A program made the position numbers and the translations under genes. The notes beneath the pieces were generated by a model. The model was not told where the DNA came from. It saw only the letters and a list, made by a program, of their open reading frames with translations, and ran no database searches. Of a stretch of 64,000 bases of DNA, positions 47,408-60,103 are shown piece by piece (position 1 is the first letter of the stretch; the number at the start of each line of letters is the position of its first letter). Source of the stretch: the human T2T-CHM13v2.0 reference genome, Homo sapiens; NCBI RefSeq assembly GCF_009914755.1, contig NC_060941.1, one strand, 5' to 3'.

Positions 47408-50400
47408 GTGAGTGTCTGTGCCTCTGTGCCGCCTGCCCCAGCCCAGCCTGCACAGCTGAGGGCATTTGAAGTGCCTTTACTTCCAGGTAGAATCCTTTCC
47501 CCAGAGAGGAGGATCTACTCTTCTCCACACTCTGGCTAAGCACTGGGGCCTTGGCCCCAGGCAGAAATGGATCGTGTCACTAAGAGTCTAGCCCCCAAGG
47601 TTCCTGGCAGCAGGCCTCAAAGTCAAGCGTGGTTTGGAGTAGGCACTCAGGTCATAGCCAGATTCAGGACCGTGACTGTTGTAAACTTAGCTCAGATTCT
47701 AGGGCCGACCTCAGCAGAGTTCTCCAAGAGTGACACGTCTCATTTTTTCCGAAACTTTCCATATTTTGACCTTACTCCTGGCCAGCCCAAGAGCATATGG
47801 TTCGATGCTGGGTCTGGCCATAAGCATCCTCTCCAGTTAGGGAAGGGTCAGCCCAGCTCTCTTCCTATCTTCCCTCCTCTCATCCTCCCAGTGGACAAGA
47901 GAAGACGATGAATCTCCAGGCTCGTTCTTGATTGCTTTGTGCCGTTGGTGGGGGGCAGGGAGCTGAATAATATGCCAGACAGGTCCTGGATAATAAGATA
48001 CAAAATCAGAGACAGTTATTTATCTTTGCCTACTTTGGGGGCGGGACTCAGAAATGTTTTTCTTTAACTGTTGCAGTATCTGTTAATATTCTCTGCTTCC
48101 TCTTGGTCCTCCTCAGCCCTGACATAAATTTAGGTGTGCTAGGTGACACACAGTTTGACACGTGGCCACTTGGCTGATTTGGAGCAGGGAGGCAGGGACC
48201 AAGAGAGAGCCAGGCTTTTCAGGGAGCTGGCCTCCCGGCTTCATTATCCCTATCTGAGGAAAGGTTTCCACAGGCCCTGCAGGCTATTTGGGGCTGGATT
48301 TCTTAACCCCAAGGGGCCACTGAAGGGCTTTTCTTGCCCTCCTAGTCCCACTCTGCAGCCGTGCTGTAGGAGCCCTGTGGCCTGGGCCATGGAGAGGTTG
48401 GTTTTCCTCTCTGCCTCTCTGGAGCAGTCAGCTAATGGTCAGTGTGTCTTCTCCTGCACATTCATCTGTGGCTAGCAGTTTAGTAGGCTGCATCCCTGAT
48501 TCCTCCGTTGCAGGTCTGGTGGGAATTTGGTAGCGGGTTAATTGTCTGGCACCCTTCTCCACCTTCCCCAGCCTTGGGGCGGGAAAAGGTACTGGCATGG
48601 CAGCCGGAGGGGTGAGCCCAGGCACTAGCAGCACAGCTGAGGCTCATTAGCCTCTTAGCTCTCAACAAACCATGACTGACAAAATTAGCAGAGGTATTAG
48701 TAAGGGAAAGGGCCCATCTGGATCTCTAGCAGGGTAGATGGGCAGAAGGAGGGGATGAAGGACAGGATTTGAGCGGCTCGCACAGACATGGTGGCATGTT
48801 CAGGGCAGAGCAGCCACAGCAGAGCCAGTTTGGTGGGTCTTTGCTGGGGAGGCTGCTGGAATCTAAAGACCCTGCCAGGCACACTCCCCGCCCACCAGCA
48901 AAACGGATACTGAGCGCTGGGAATATTGGCTGCTGCCATTTGCCTGATAAATTATTTAGAAGCGTTATTCTTGCCTTGTTAAATGGTTCCCTCACTTATT
49001 CCTATAAACCTTCCACATGATGGAAGCCTCCCTCCCTGGATCTCAATAACTCTCTGACCGAACAGAAGGAACCCTTCAGGAAAGCAGACGGGCATTAATT
49101 ACTGCCTTCATCTCCCAGATACTGCATTTATAACTCATAGAGCTAATTGTCATCAGAGCCTGCAAAAGCCACGAAAACAGGAAGCAGAGGCTGCAGAACA
49201 GGAGTGGAGACCCTGGCTGCCCACGAGAGCCTTTTCTTTCTGGGCCAGTGACAGTATCCTTCCCCCATAGCCCAGTCCCCTGCTGGGGGCTTCTGTTTGC
49301 TCAGAGGCTTTTGGTTTGCATGGGCTCTTCTACCCAGTTTGGAGAAATCAAGGCAGATGGGCCTTGTCATTGTCTCAGAAGTCACTTCACAGTTTTGCAT
49401 GTGGCTCCCAGGGTGTGAGGTTCTGCAGAACAGTAGCCTGCTGTTCCCTTGACCCCAGACCCTGGTGCTTTCATTGCTCTGCAGCCCCTTCCCCTCCCTT
49501 GGTGAGTTGGAAGGGGCAGAGTGACTGGAGGAAGGGGGGTTGGCAAAGATGTGGGTTTCCTCCCTCAGTCCTGAGCTCTTCTGCAAGTGATGACGGCATC
49601 TTCCCCTCCCAAGTCTGGCCTGCAGGTCTTATCCCTGTGCGTCTTTGTAAAGGTCAGGAGAGCTAGATTCCATCAAGTGGCCCCTTGGGCCCCAGAGGAG
49701 GAGGGCTGTCCTTCCCCGCTGCCCCCTGGTCATTCTGTTTCAGAAGATTGTCCATCCCTTCTAGGGATGCCACACTGCCTCTCACCACCAGCTGTTTCTG
49801 ATTTTGCTGCCAGCCAGATTTCACTCAGTGTTCAGCAAGGCAGCGAGCAGGTCGGAGGAGAATTGAAAGCACCTCCCTACCCTGCACACAGACCTTGTTT
49901 GTCTCAGGTAGATGGTGCCCCTACCCAGGCTGCATTTTTAAAAGGGCCTGCTAATAATCTCTTCTTCATTGCCATTCTGCAACAGTAGTTCTGGGGGACA
50001 GAGATACAGACTTTTATATTGTGGTCTAACTTTCAGAAAGTCATCTGGAAGCGATTTCTTCTGTGTCTTCCCAGGAATGCTCCTGAGACGCACACACACG
50101 GTGAGAATCCTTGCTACAGTAACTGTCTCCAGGGCTGGCCTGTGTGTAGCATCATGATTACTTACAAAAAGGGAGATGCTTCTACCAGCAGCTCCCAGTG
50201 GCCTCCCAAAGCCCTTGACCTTCACCAGTGGAAAATTCCAACCCCACTCCTTGTGCCTGACGACCCTTGTCCATATCCTGTGCTTCCCGGCGCGGCTGAT
50301 ATGAGTCACTTTCCCCCTTTCCTTCCCTGGAGGAGCCACAGAGCAGGGTGCTGGGGGGTGGAGGTCCCCTGAGTCACTTGCTGCTTCAGTGGGCTCTCTG

Positions 50401-53150
50401 GGGTGTCCCAGCAGGCCACTGCAGCTGGAGCCAGCGGTGACCTCAGCCCTGTTATTAGGGCCCATGGAGATTATCATCAGGATCTGCTATCAGCTGACCT
50501 TGGATTCTCAGGCCCCCCACCCACCCATCCCTCCTGCTCTTTTGAAAAATCAAATGGGAATGTGTGAGATGCTCCAGCTCTTTCAAACGGGTAACCTTGC
50601 CTCCAGGCTAGGGAACATCTCAGGATTCTTTCTGCAGTTTCTCCGGCTTTGGTAGGCAACACAGTCAGAAGTTGGCATTTCATTCCTTCCTCTACAGCAT
50701 GAAGGAGCCAGGGACCCCTGGTGAGGTGATAGGATTGCGTATGAACCAGTTCTGTTTGGGACTCAGACTGTCCCAAGTGTCTGGGATGCAGGCGTGTGTC
50801 ACTCTCCCCTGGGATCAAGGGCACTGCCCAGCACCTTTGTTGCACTTCCTTATTCCTGCATCACCTCCCAGCCAATATTCCTGTCCCCTGTCTGGACCCA
50901 TCCCTCCTCCTAGAGAGAGTCAGAGGGAAGCAGTGTCAGAGGGGACAGTGGGGACTCCCAAGTGCTGAAAGCCTCTGAAAGCCTCTCACCATTAGGAAGA
51001 GCAAGCGGCATCTACCGCTCACAGGTGGACAGATGCTGCTGGGTCGCAGGTGGCCCGGCAGGCCCCGGCCGAACAGAGCCGGGAACGCAGATGGCAGAGC
51101 GGAGCTTATCCTGGCTGGAGACCCGGCCGCAAACTGCCCTGTTGAGCAGAGGGCCCTTCGTGGGCTGCCCTGGGACAGGACAAGGTCGCCCTGGCCTGCT
51201 CTCCTGCCTTGAACACAGGAGCTGTGAGATCCACCTCCGGGGCACAGGTGACTCAGGAGAGGGATACAGCCTGCAAGTGCCTGGCCAGTGCCCTGCCACC
51301 CCTTGTGACAGAGAGAGTCTTCCCAAGCTCCCTCCGGACACCCCCTTGAAGAAGTGGAGGGCCAGGGGGATTTCTGTCTGCTGGCCTCTCTTCCTAGAGG
51401 GCCGGGTCAGTCTCAGATTCAGGCTCAGGTTGACACCGGAAGGGTCAAGGGTCCTTCCAGCCCTGTTTGCGACAGCCCTGTTTTTTCTCGCTCTGCCAGG
51501 ATTCCATCTTGGCCTCCCTCTCACATGGCAACACTGGCCTTTGTCCATTTGCAACACTTAAAATGGTGTGCAGTCCCCATTTCAAAACCAAATGCTTTCC
51601 TCCTAAAATAGTACCACTCAAGGAGAAAATATCCTTTTCATGAGGGTGCAGAGGGAGTGATGTGCCCACCTGGCAGTGCCATGCGTGCTGTGAGTGCCCC
51701 GCCCTCCCACGGTTTACCTTGCATCGGTGTAGCACATACCAGTGACTTTTGACTCCCACCCACACAGTAAAGTACACAGCGTCATCCCATTTCACAGCAG
51801 GGAAAACTGACTGAGAGACGGGGGCTTCCTGGGATCCCGGAGCTGAAGCAGACAGACAACAGCTCAGCTCTTTGGCCTCTCAGCTCTGTCCTGCCCTGGT
51901 GACACAGGCTTGCTCCACTTGCCCAAGACTCAGTTCCATAGGCCCTGCCTTGGCGGTGGCCCCCACTGCCATGTGCAGGCTGGGGCATGGAGCACCTCTT
52001 CTCAGCCCTGGAAGCCTGACATTTTCAAGTTGGTGGGGTGACCCGGCTGAGCATGTTCCCTGGTGAGTGAGCGCCTTTGCACGTCTGCCCATCATTGTCA
52101 CCGACTTGATTGATGCCCTGTCTGCCCTGGTGCCCCTCACTCCTAGATAGCAAGGCCAGCTTTTCCTGGGCACTCAAGTAGTGTTAGAATTAAGTGCCTC
52201 TTCCCAAGGACACTTCCTTCCCCTGCCATGGTCTCTGTTCTTCTAGCGTCAGCCACTGTGCCCTGGGGCTGTGGCATCTGTTAATAAGTGGGTCAACGCT
52301 GCCTTCACTTGAATATTTATTCTTGCCAGTGCTGGGGCAGGAGGTGGCTTAGAGGCCTTCAGGACCAGTGAGGAAGGAAAATTAGTGAAGCAACAAGTTT
52401 GAGGAGCAGCAGTGACTTCACTGGACTTGGAGACTCTGGGGACACTGTGCCGCCTGCCTCCCAGGCACCACTCTTGTTGCTTTCAACGTCAGTGGTGCCC
52501 CCAGGGCACAACTCCAGTAGAACACAGTGAACACTGCCCCCGAGTTTATGCAGCGTCCAGCCCGGGATTGAGTGAAGTGCAGTCAAACAGGAAAGGTGGC
52601 CTGGGGAGGGCCTGGCAAGAAAGTGGACAGGATAAGCAAGCTGTCTCTGTTTAGGAGTCTAGTGGGTTGGCCCGTCTAGAAACGGAATGCAGGACCCTCA
52701 GCCCAGAAAGCAGACAGCCTGTCAAGAGTGTCCCTTCCTGGGCAACATCCACCCTCTCATGTGGTTCACGTGAGTTAGGACTCAGCCTCACACCAAACCA
52801 AGACGAGTCAGGAGGAGACTCCAGGACGCCTGGAGGGGGAAGGGTGTTGCTTCCAGGGTCGGGGACATCCAAGTGCCTCCTTTATAGGATGGCGACCATG
52901 TAGGGGCTCACTGGGGTGACCCGGGAAGCCCATCTTCTCTCCTTTCCTTTTCTTCTCCCTCCCAACGCACCTCTTGTCAGTTCCTCCTCATTCAGTTCTG
53001 GAGACTCTAGAAAGGTCGGGTTTGTTTTGCCTTTCACCTTTTCCTCCCCTCTCGCCTATGGAGAGATGTCCGTCACACCTGGTGGCACCGCAGGTGCACT
53101 GCGTGCAGTCGTTCTAACCCGTGCCCACCACCACCAGGAGCTGGACTCGG

Positions 53151-53336
53151 TGAGGCTTCGAGGTGTCTTCAGCCAGCTTTGGTGTGGGGTTGTGAGCCCC
53201 TGAGATGCATGTCCCGGGTGCTGTTTGTCCCACATATGCTGAGCCTTTGAGGTGTCTTCAGCCAGCTTTGGTGTGGGGTTGTGAGCCCCTGAGATGCATG
53301 TGCCAGGTCCTGTTTGTCCCACACATGCTGAGCCTT
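53151..53336. repeat. 89-bp tandem duplication (~2.1 copies)
   Basis: AGGTGTCTTCAGCCAGCTTTGGTGTGGGGTTGTGAGCCCCTGAGATGCATG... starts at 53161 and 53250. Confidence 0.95.
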
Positions 53337-54337
53337 CTGCAGTCATCCCGTGAGACTGGGTGTCAAGGAAGAATGTGTTTCTTCCCCGCACCCCAAAAAT
53401 GTGCGTGCCCGTACCCGCCACCCAAGCAGAGCTGGGAGTCTAACCTGGGTGAACTCTAACTTCAGACAGCGACTGCGCTCAGGCTGAAATGGTGACCTCA
53501 AAGGATTAGCTTGTCTCTTTCTTTTTCAAGGAAATCAATAATACAGGGACAGGCCTGTGTTGTTCTTGCTTGCTTGCTTTTTTTCCCTAGGAGCTGTCTA
53601 TATATCTTAGACCAGGAATGGCTTCTTGTCTTCCGTGTGCTTTCCATCCCCCTACCCCAGCCCTCCCTAAATGAAATTCAGGTTGCCTGTCACTCACTCC
53701 CACACTGCAGCTTGTCTCTCTAGCTCCTAGCCAGGGACAGCGTGAACCCCCACCACCCCACCCATTCCTCCGCCACTGCTGCTCCTGTCTGAGCACGGCC
53801 CCTGTCCCTCCTTTCTTCCCGGAGTTGCTCCAGCCTGTCCCTTCACCTTGCTGAGGACACCTGGGTGACGCCTCCCTGAGTCACCCTGTGACTGCCTCCT
53901 CCACCCTCATCCCCAGTGCCCATGCTTTCTCCTCCTGCTCAGGGAGAGGGTTGCTGTTTTTGTTTTTAATGTCACTCTCAGGGACGTGGGTTCGGTTGAC
54001 TGGCATTATGCCCACCATCCATCATGCCCCACGACCTATGACCTGTCCCCACCTTGGCCAATACCTATGCGCCAGTTGAGAGGATGATGCCTAGTCCCCC
54101 GTGCCACCGCCTCTATGGTCTCAGTACAGGTGCCAGACTGGGGGACTCAGTGTCACAAAGCAGCAGGCAGTGGCTTCTTCTCCCTACCACTCCCTTACCC
54201 AGCTCGGAAGCTGCTCATGGGCCTCTGTCAAGGTCCTGAGGGGTGACAGGGTCTTATGTTCTTGCTTCTAAGCTGGTGACCGACATAGCCCCCTTCACAG
54301 CATGACAGTTGGGTGTCTCTGGCCCTGGTAGAATGTG

Positions 54338-54568
54338 CAGGTTGGGTATCCCTTCCCCAAAATATTTGGGACCAGAAGCGTTTCTGATTTCAGATTTTCT
54401 TCAGATTTTTAGAATATCTGCATTATACTCACAGTAGAGCATCTTAAATTCAAAAATCCAAAATATTCCAGTGAGCATTTCCTTTGAGGATCGTGTCAGT
54501 GCTCAAAAAGTTTCAGATTTTGGAGCATTTCAGGTGTTGGAATTTTGGATTTGGGGTGCTTAGCCTAA
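54338..54568 (+). mobile_element. Tigger4a/MER46-type DNA transposon
   Basis: CAGGTTGGGTATCCC...TTGGGACCAGAAG...TCAAAAAGTTTCAGATTTTGGAGCATTT...GGGTGCTTAGCCT. Confidence 0.8.
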
Positions 54569-57500
54569 ACCATATTTCTTTACCCCATCTCCATTGTCTG
54601 TAAAATAATGAGTATAGCCTTGCAAAGACTTCCTACCCGCAGCAAGCCAGGTTTACTCCCGGGCACGTGGGGAAAACGGCAGTGTAACTTACCTGGTTGC
54701 TCATCCCTCACCCCACCCCCATTCACCAATTCCCCCAGGAAGTGAATGGAGATGGGAAATGATCTGTTGCCATGACCTTGACCCACACACACCCAGCATT
54801 CTTAACTCCTAGGAACCCCATTATATGAAAATCCAAAGGTATGAAATAAATTGGGAGGGTAGTTACTTGTTACAAAGTGATTCCTTACTTTACAGAAGGA
54901 TTTGCTTCAGATTTCTCTTAAGTACTCAGTTTCCCTAGTGTATTTAAATGTTGTTCTGTGAAAATTAAGCATTTGTAAAAGAACTTCAGGAGCCCTTCTC
55001 TTGTGTAAAGGGAGATATCCGTGTATTCATAGGCAAAGGTGCAGAACCCCAAAGCCCGGTTGATGTTGCTGGAGAAACAGGCAGGCAGGGCTTGGGGTGG
55101 ACATCATAGGCAGCCCACCTGAAAGCAGTAACCAGCGATTCCCCTTCCCCTCTCCCCATCCACATCCCTGAGCTGGGAGAGCTCCGCGGAGCTTGATAAG
55201 TATATACCCGAGCCCCACACCTGTGCACAGGCCAATTTGGTTGGGAAGCTTCCAGGCAGGGCTCAGTGGGGGAGTATCCATCCCTGCTGGGGACCTTCTG
55301 CGCTGAGCTTTTTCAGGACCGTTTCTTTGCAGGTCTCATCCTGATCCCAGTCAGACCCCGAGCCCGAGGCCTAAGCCCTCCTTGTTTGTGAGTGGTGCAG
55401 TCAGGGATAAAAACCCGGTGTGCCTCACTTCCCAAGCCACCTGGGCTGATCCTGGCCACTGACCTGTGCGTGCACATGCATTTCCAGTCATTCCCCTCGA
55501 GAAGCTGAGCCCCGGGCAGACTCCCAAAGCTCAACAGCCCAGTCCATCCCACACTGTGCACCCCGCTGCTTCCAGAACTCCCATTTCTGGGCAAAGAACT
55601 AAAAATAGTTTTTATTATATCTGTTAAGAGTACATCCCAGTTGTTGATTTCAGATCTCTCCCTGCCACCTTTTTTATTTTTTATTTTTTTCTTCATTTCA
55701 CAAAATAAAAGTGTCAAAAAACTCCATAGTCTGTGGAATCTAGCAACCTCCCAGTAGTTTGAGAGTAACATGGAATGTTCTTCAATATTTTGTGCTAACT
55801 AAAATGAAAACTGTATATGCCAAACTGTTTGTCTTCTGCTCCGTGTCTGGCTGCTCCTTTTATCCTGTAGATCAGTCTGTGGCATTTGTGGTGGCCCTGC
55901 CAAGTTTTGTGAGGCTGTGCTATTCCCTGAATGATGCTTGCTCTGTTACAGGGTGTGTATCATAAGCAGAGCCTGATGTCTTTCTATATAGCGCCCCAGG
56001 GCCCTAGCAGTAATTGTTTAATTAAATAAAGCACTCACTCAAAAGTAATAGCCGTGATCCTCCGTGTGGCCAGTGTCCCAGCCAGCGGTGCTGGCCCTGC
56101 ACACTGGCTCAAAAGCAGCACCTGTGTGCAGAGAAGAAATAGCTGAGTGTGCGCTGTGCAGTGCACCCTGGCCCTGAGGAGAGGAGCCACAGAACCCCAG
56201 AGGGTTTACAGCCAGCAGAGAGGTGCGAGGGACTCGGCTATGATGGCCCTTACACAGAGCTGAACGATTAGGGTGCACATTAATGATGATATCGGATGAA
56301 TTAGCATAAGCCCGGATGTCTTGTGGATTCGCTGACAGTGGACCAAGGAACATTTTCATAAGCCTCAGGCACAAAAGGAGGCACTGGGGGTGTGGCAGCA
56401 GATACCCCATGTGAGTGTGACTCTAGAAGGGTCTTGAGCCACCGCAGGGCATGTGTAGTTTGGCAATGGCAAGAACTTCCTTCAACCATGGATTGAGACA
56501 TTTTCTGAACACCTTGATGGGAAGAGAATGCAGGGACTGGTATTGGGTGTTGGGCACTGGCTGAGGCCGGGAGGCCCCTGCGGTCTGTAATGTCCAGTTC
56601 TGGCGCCTTCTCCCACACTACTGCAGGGAGGCTGTGCTTCACCTGAGAGGCAGGTGAACAGTCTCTGGGAACACTTCCCAGCTGGTCCCTTTCCCCTGGA
56701 TCAGGAAAGTGTTTCTCAAGATCTGGTTGCCTGACCACTGGCACAAGAGTGCCTTCGGGCTCTTAATAAAAATGTAGATGCTTGGGTCCTGCGCCAGGCC
56801 TGATGCAGTATATTCGAAGGCCACAGGGCCCAGGAATCCGCATTTTCAACCAGTTCTGAGGAGAATTCTGTGTGCTTTTCCCTTTGAGAAATCCTGCTGG
56901 CGCAGATCTGTCGAGGTAGTAAAAGGTCTCCCGGGGAGAGGCCTACTCTGGTCTTCCTTCAGGAACTGCTTCCCACAGCACCATGGTGGAGGCAGCTGTC
57001 AAGGGCTTCCCGTGCCTGCCTTTTGCAGGGAAAGGAGAGGGGCTGGGCAACCTACAGGTGCTGCCACATCCTGGAGTCCACACCTAAGGCACTGCCAGAG
57101 AGAAGAGGGGCTGTGCGTGCCCACTGGCTGGAGGCTGCTTTGTCACTTGCGGCTGACGGGTACCTCCCATGTCCCTAGCGGGTGGTGCTCTAGGCTTCCC
57201 CTGTAGCTTCCTCTGAAGCTGCTGGTTGGGGGCTCTAGACCCCGCAGCGTGCCAGCTCCCCGGAGAGGGCATCTCACTCTGACCCCCGACTAGGGAGGAA
57301 GCTGGGGGCTTGCTGATGTCACTTCTCAAACCCGCTTCAAGAGAGCTCATTAATCAGCCAGCTTGATATGCCATCTCCCCTCCGTCCCGCCTCCAAGGTT
57401 ACTCAGTTCCCGGTCTATTTCAAGGCCAGACGTCAGCAGAAAAGGGGTGGAGCCAGCTGGGCCTGTGCAGCCCTCTCTGCAGGGCACCCGTGTTCTGGGC

Positions 57501-60062
57501 ACCTGACTTCCCTCCCTTGCTTCCTCCAGCTCCTGCTGGAGCGTTCCCACTGCCATTGCTCTTCCTGCGCCGAGAGCATGGACCGAGGAAGGGAAGATGC
57601 CGAGAGCATCTCAAGTGATCGCCTGGCACCTCTCCTTGAGTGACGCACAAGCTCCGGGCAACAGAGGGCGATGGCACTGCCTCCTCCTGTTCCCAGGGCA
57701 GGGCGGGGGATTGACAGCTAGACTCTGGGCACCAAAAGCCATCAGATGCCAGCTGGTTACTGGAGACGCAAGCGGCCTCATGGGTTCCGAGGCCCATGGG
57801 CACACACATCACCACCAATGAATGTTCTGAGCAGTTCAATTCCTGGCAGAATCAGGTGGTTGGAGGTGTGGGTGTTTTTTCCCAAGGGAGCTGAGGGGCT
57901 AGATTGATGGCTCAGAGGGTCCCCCATCCTCTGTCACTTGCGACACAGCCCACCTGTTCCTCTCACGCTCTCTTGTTCTTAGGACCTGTGAGGATCAAGT
58001 TGACCCCTAGCCTGGCCCCAACAGTGGTAGCCCAGCCCCCAGCAGTTATGTGGCCAAGCAAGACATGCCCCGGCCTTCTCACTGGTATAAGATAGTGGTA
58101 TACTGTGACCCCGGCTAACCCAGACCCAGCCTCTCCAGGCACAGCCGTCGGGGAGAATAATGCCGTGCACCCATCCCCTCCCTCCTCCTTGACATCCAGC
58201 ATAAATACTAAAAGAGCTGTTTTTGTAGAGAGATCTCAAAAACTAAAACATGAGAGCCAGTAAGCCACGCCTGTAGTGCCCAGAGGAGTTTTGGTCCTTG
58301 GATCTGTTAACTCGGCCGAGGAGAGCCGGGAAAAGAGGTTTTCATGCTCTTCAGAGCTGCCAAACCCTCTATAAGAGCCCTGCCTTTCCTCACAGTCCCT
58401 ATTTTCTTCCTGCCGTGGGGAAGAAAGGCTTCTCTAGAGCCTGCCCTAGAAAGTGGGCATTCCTCGCTCTGTCTCCCATCAGGTTCCCCAGGAGGGCCTA
58501 GGATGGCCTTTTCCCTCCTCTGTCCGATAGGATGGGAATGAAATTCCCTGATCTCCCCCTACCCCTGTCTATACTCCTAGTTCAAAGGATCAAAGTCCCT
58601 TTTAAAAACCTCATCATGTTAGGAGTGTCCCGCCCCACGGCTCCATGACGAGGGACAGCCTGTCACAGCCCCCTCCCTGGTGTGCACACCCAGCGCCTCA
58701 CAGCAGAACTGCCCCAGGGTCATGAAGGTTTTCTGTGTCAACCCTGATTTTAGGGCAGTCTGATTGCCATCTCCCTGCTTAAAACCCCACAGAAGCTCCT
58801 CTCCAGAAAGCAAAGTCTAAACTCCCTCACGTGGCATGGTCTGCCCCAGTCTCCTGGAGCCTTCTCTCTCCCCCAGACACCCCCCCACCCCACCCCGCCA
58901 GTGTCATCCCCAGACGTCGAGTGCTGTCACGGCCTGGCCCACCACGTGCCTGTGCCTTGCTTTGGAGTCAGAGGAGCGTTCGTCTAGTCCACACTGAGCT
59001 CAGGACCCCTCTTCCCTCACCCCCTGCCATGGCATTAATTGGGCTTTTATGATTATTCCGTTCCTTGACCTCATTGTGAGCTCCTTCAGGGCACGGGCTG
59101 CGTCTCGTTCACCTTTCCGTCTAGAGCCAGCATGGCCCATCGCAGCGTGGTTGCTCCCTGAAGGTTGCAATGAGGGAAACTGCTTACAGGTGGACGCCAC
59201 TGCTGGGCCTGTGGCGGGGCTTTGGCACACAACCCTCCCCTGGGCCTTAGCCTGCTGATGGCCAGAGCCCACCACAGCTAGTGGCTGCTGCTTCTGCAAG
59301 ACAGACTCCATGCACAGCCAGCCCCTCCTTTCCCAGTGGGCGGGTCATCCTCTGGTCCTCGCTGCCAGGACAAGCTTCCCCTCCGCAAGTGCCAGAGCAC
59401 TTCTGTCTTTGGGGGGCAGAAGTAGAAGGGAGCAGCTGGAATCCGTCCACTGCCGTGAAGTCACAGACAGCTCGTCACCCGTCTCTTTCTCCAGCACCAC
59501 CAATTTGCATCTGAAATTCGGACAGTGACGGATTAGAGTAGGCGCCAGCTCCACAGACAGGTCTGTTCCTCACGTCCCACAGCTTTGCGCACACATGCCC
59601 TCTGCCCCACCCCAGCTCCTCACGTAACATCCGTAAAGCTCTCCTAGGTCAAGGTCAGAACCCATGGTCTTTTCACCTGGATGTGCAGGTGCTAGATTCC
59701 GTGGTCCTCCGTCAGGCTTGTGAAGAGCCGGGCTGTCCTCTATAAACCCTGATGGCTCATAATCATTAGGCAAATGACTGTGTGGGTTTTCCACAATATT
59801 TATCTTCCCCTTCCCCCTAAACCACAAGGGTTGCAGCTCTGGCATCAAATACTTGGAACTCTGCCCACCATCGGGTACCATCTGGCTTTTCAGCCGAGAA
59901 AGAGCCCACACAGGCAGGCAGCTTGTCCTCCAATGAGAGGCCAGGCCAAGGCCACTGGGCCAGCCCAGTCCTGCCCTGAAGGCGCCAGCCTTGAGGGGGC
60001 CACAGAGTGGATGGCAGAGGAGACAGCCCTTCCATCAGGATGTAAGCAAAGGAGACAGTTGA

Positions 60063-60103
60063 GTGCTCTAAAGAGGAACTGGGTGCTCTAAAGAGGGACT
60101 GGG
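60063..60103. repeat. 20-bp tandem duplication
   Basis: GTGCTCTAAAGAGG(A/G)ACTGG twice. Confidence 0.9.

Noticed and set aside
46737-47411. 224-aa ORF across two TMEM104 exons
   Set aside because: Out of frame with the real exons and runs through the intron; no recognisable protein features.
50962-51561. Overlapping 199-aa (+) and 181-aa (-) ORFs in the TMEM104 intron
   Set aside because: No domain or splice support; a locally GC-rich patch explains the lack of stops.
56021-56030. Overlapping ATTAAA/AATAAA as an intronic poly(A) site
   Set aside because: Looks like the AT-rich tail of an old L2-like relic, lacks a clear U/GU-rich downstream element, and has no linked terminal-exon acceptor; not supportable without 3'-seq.
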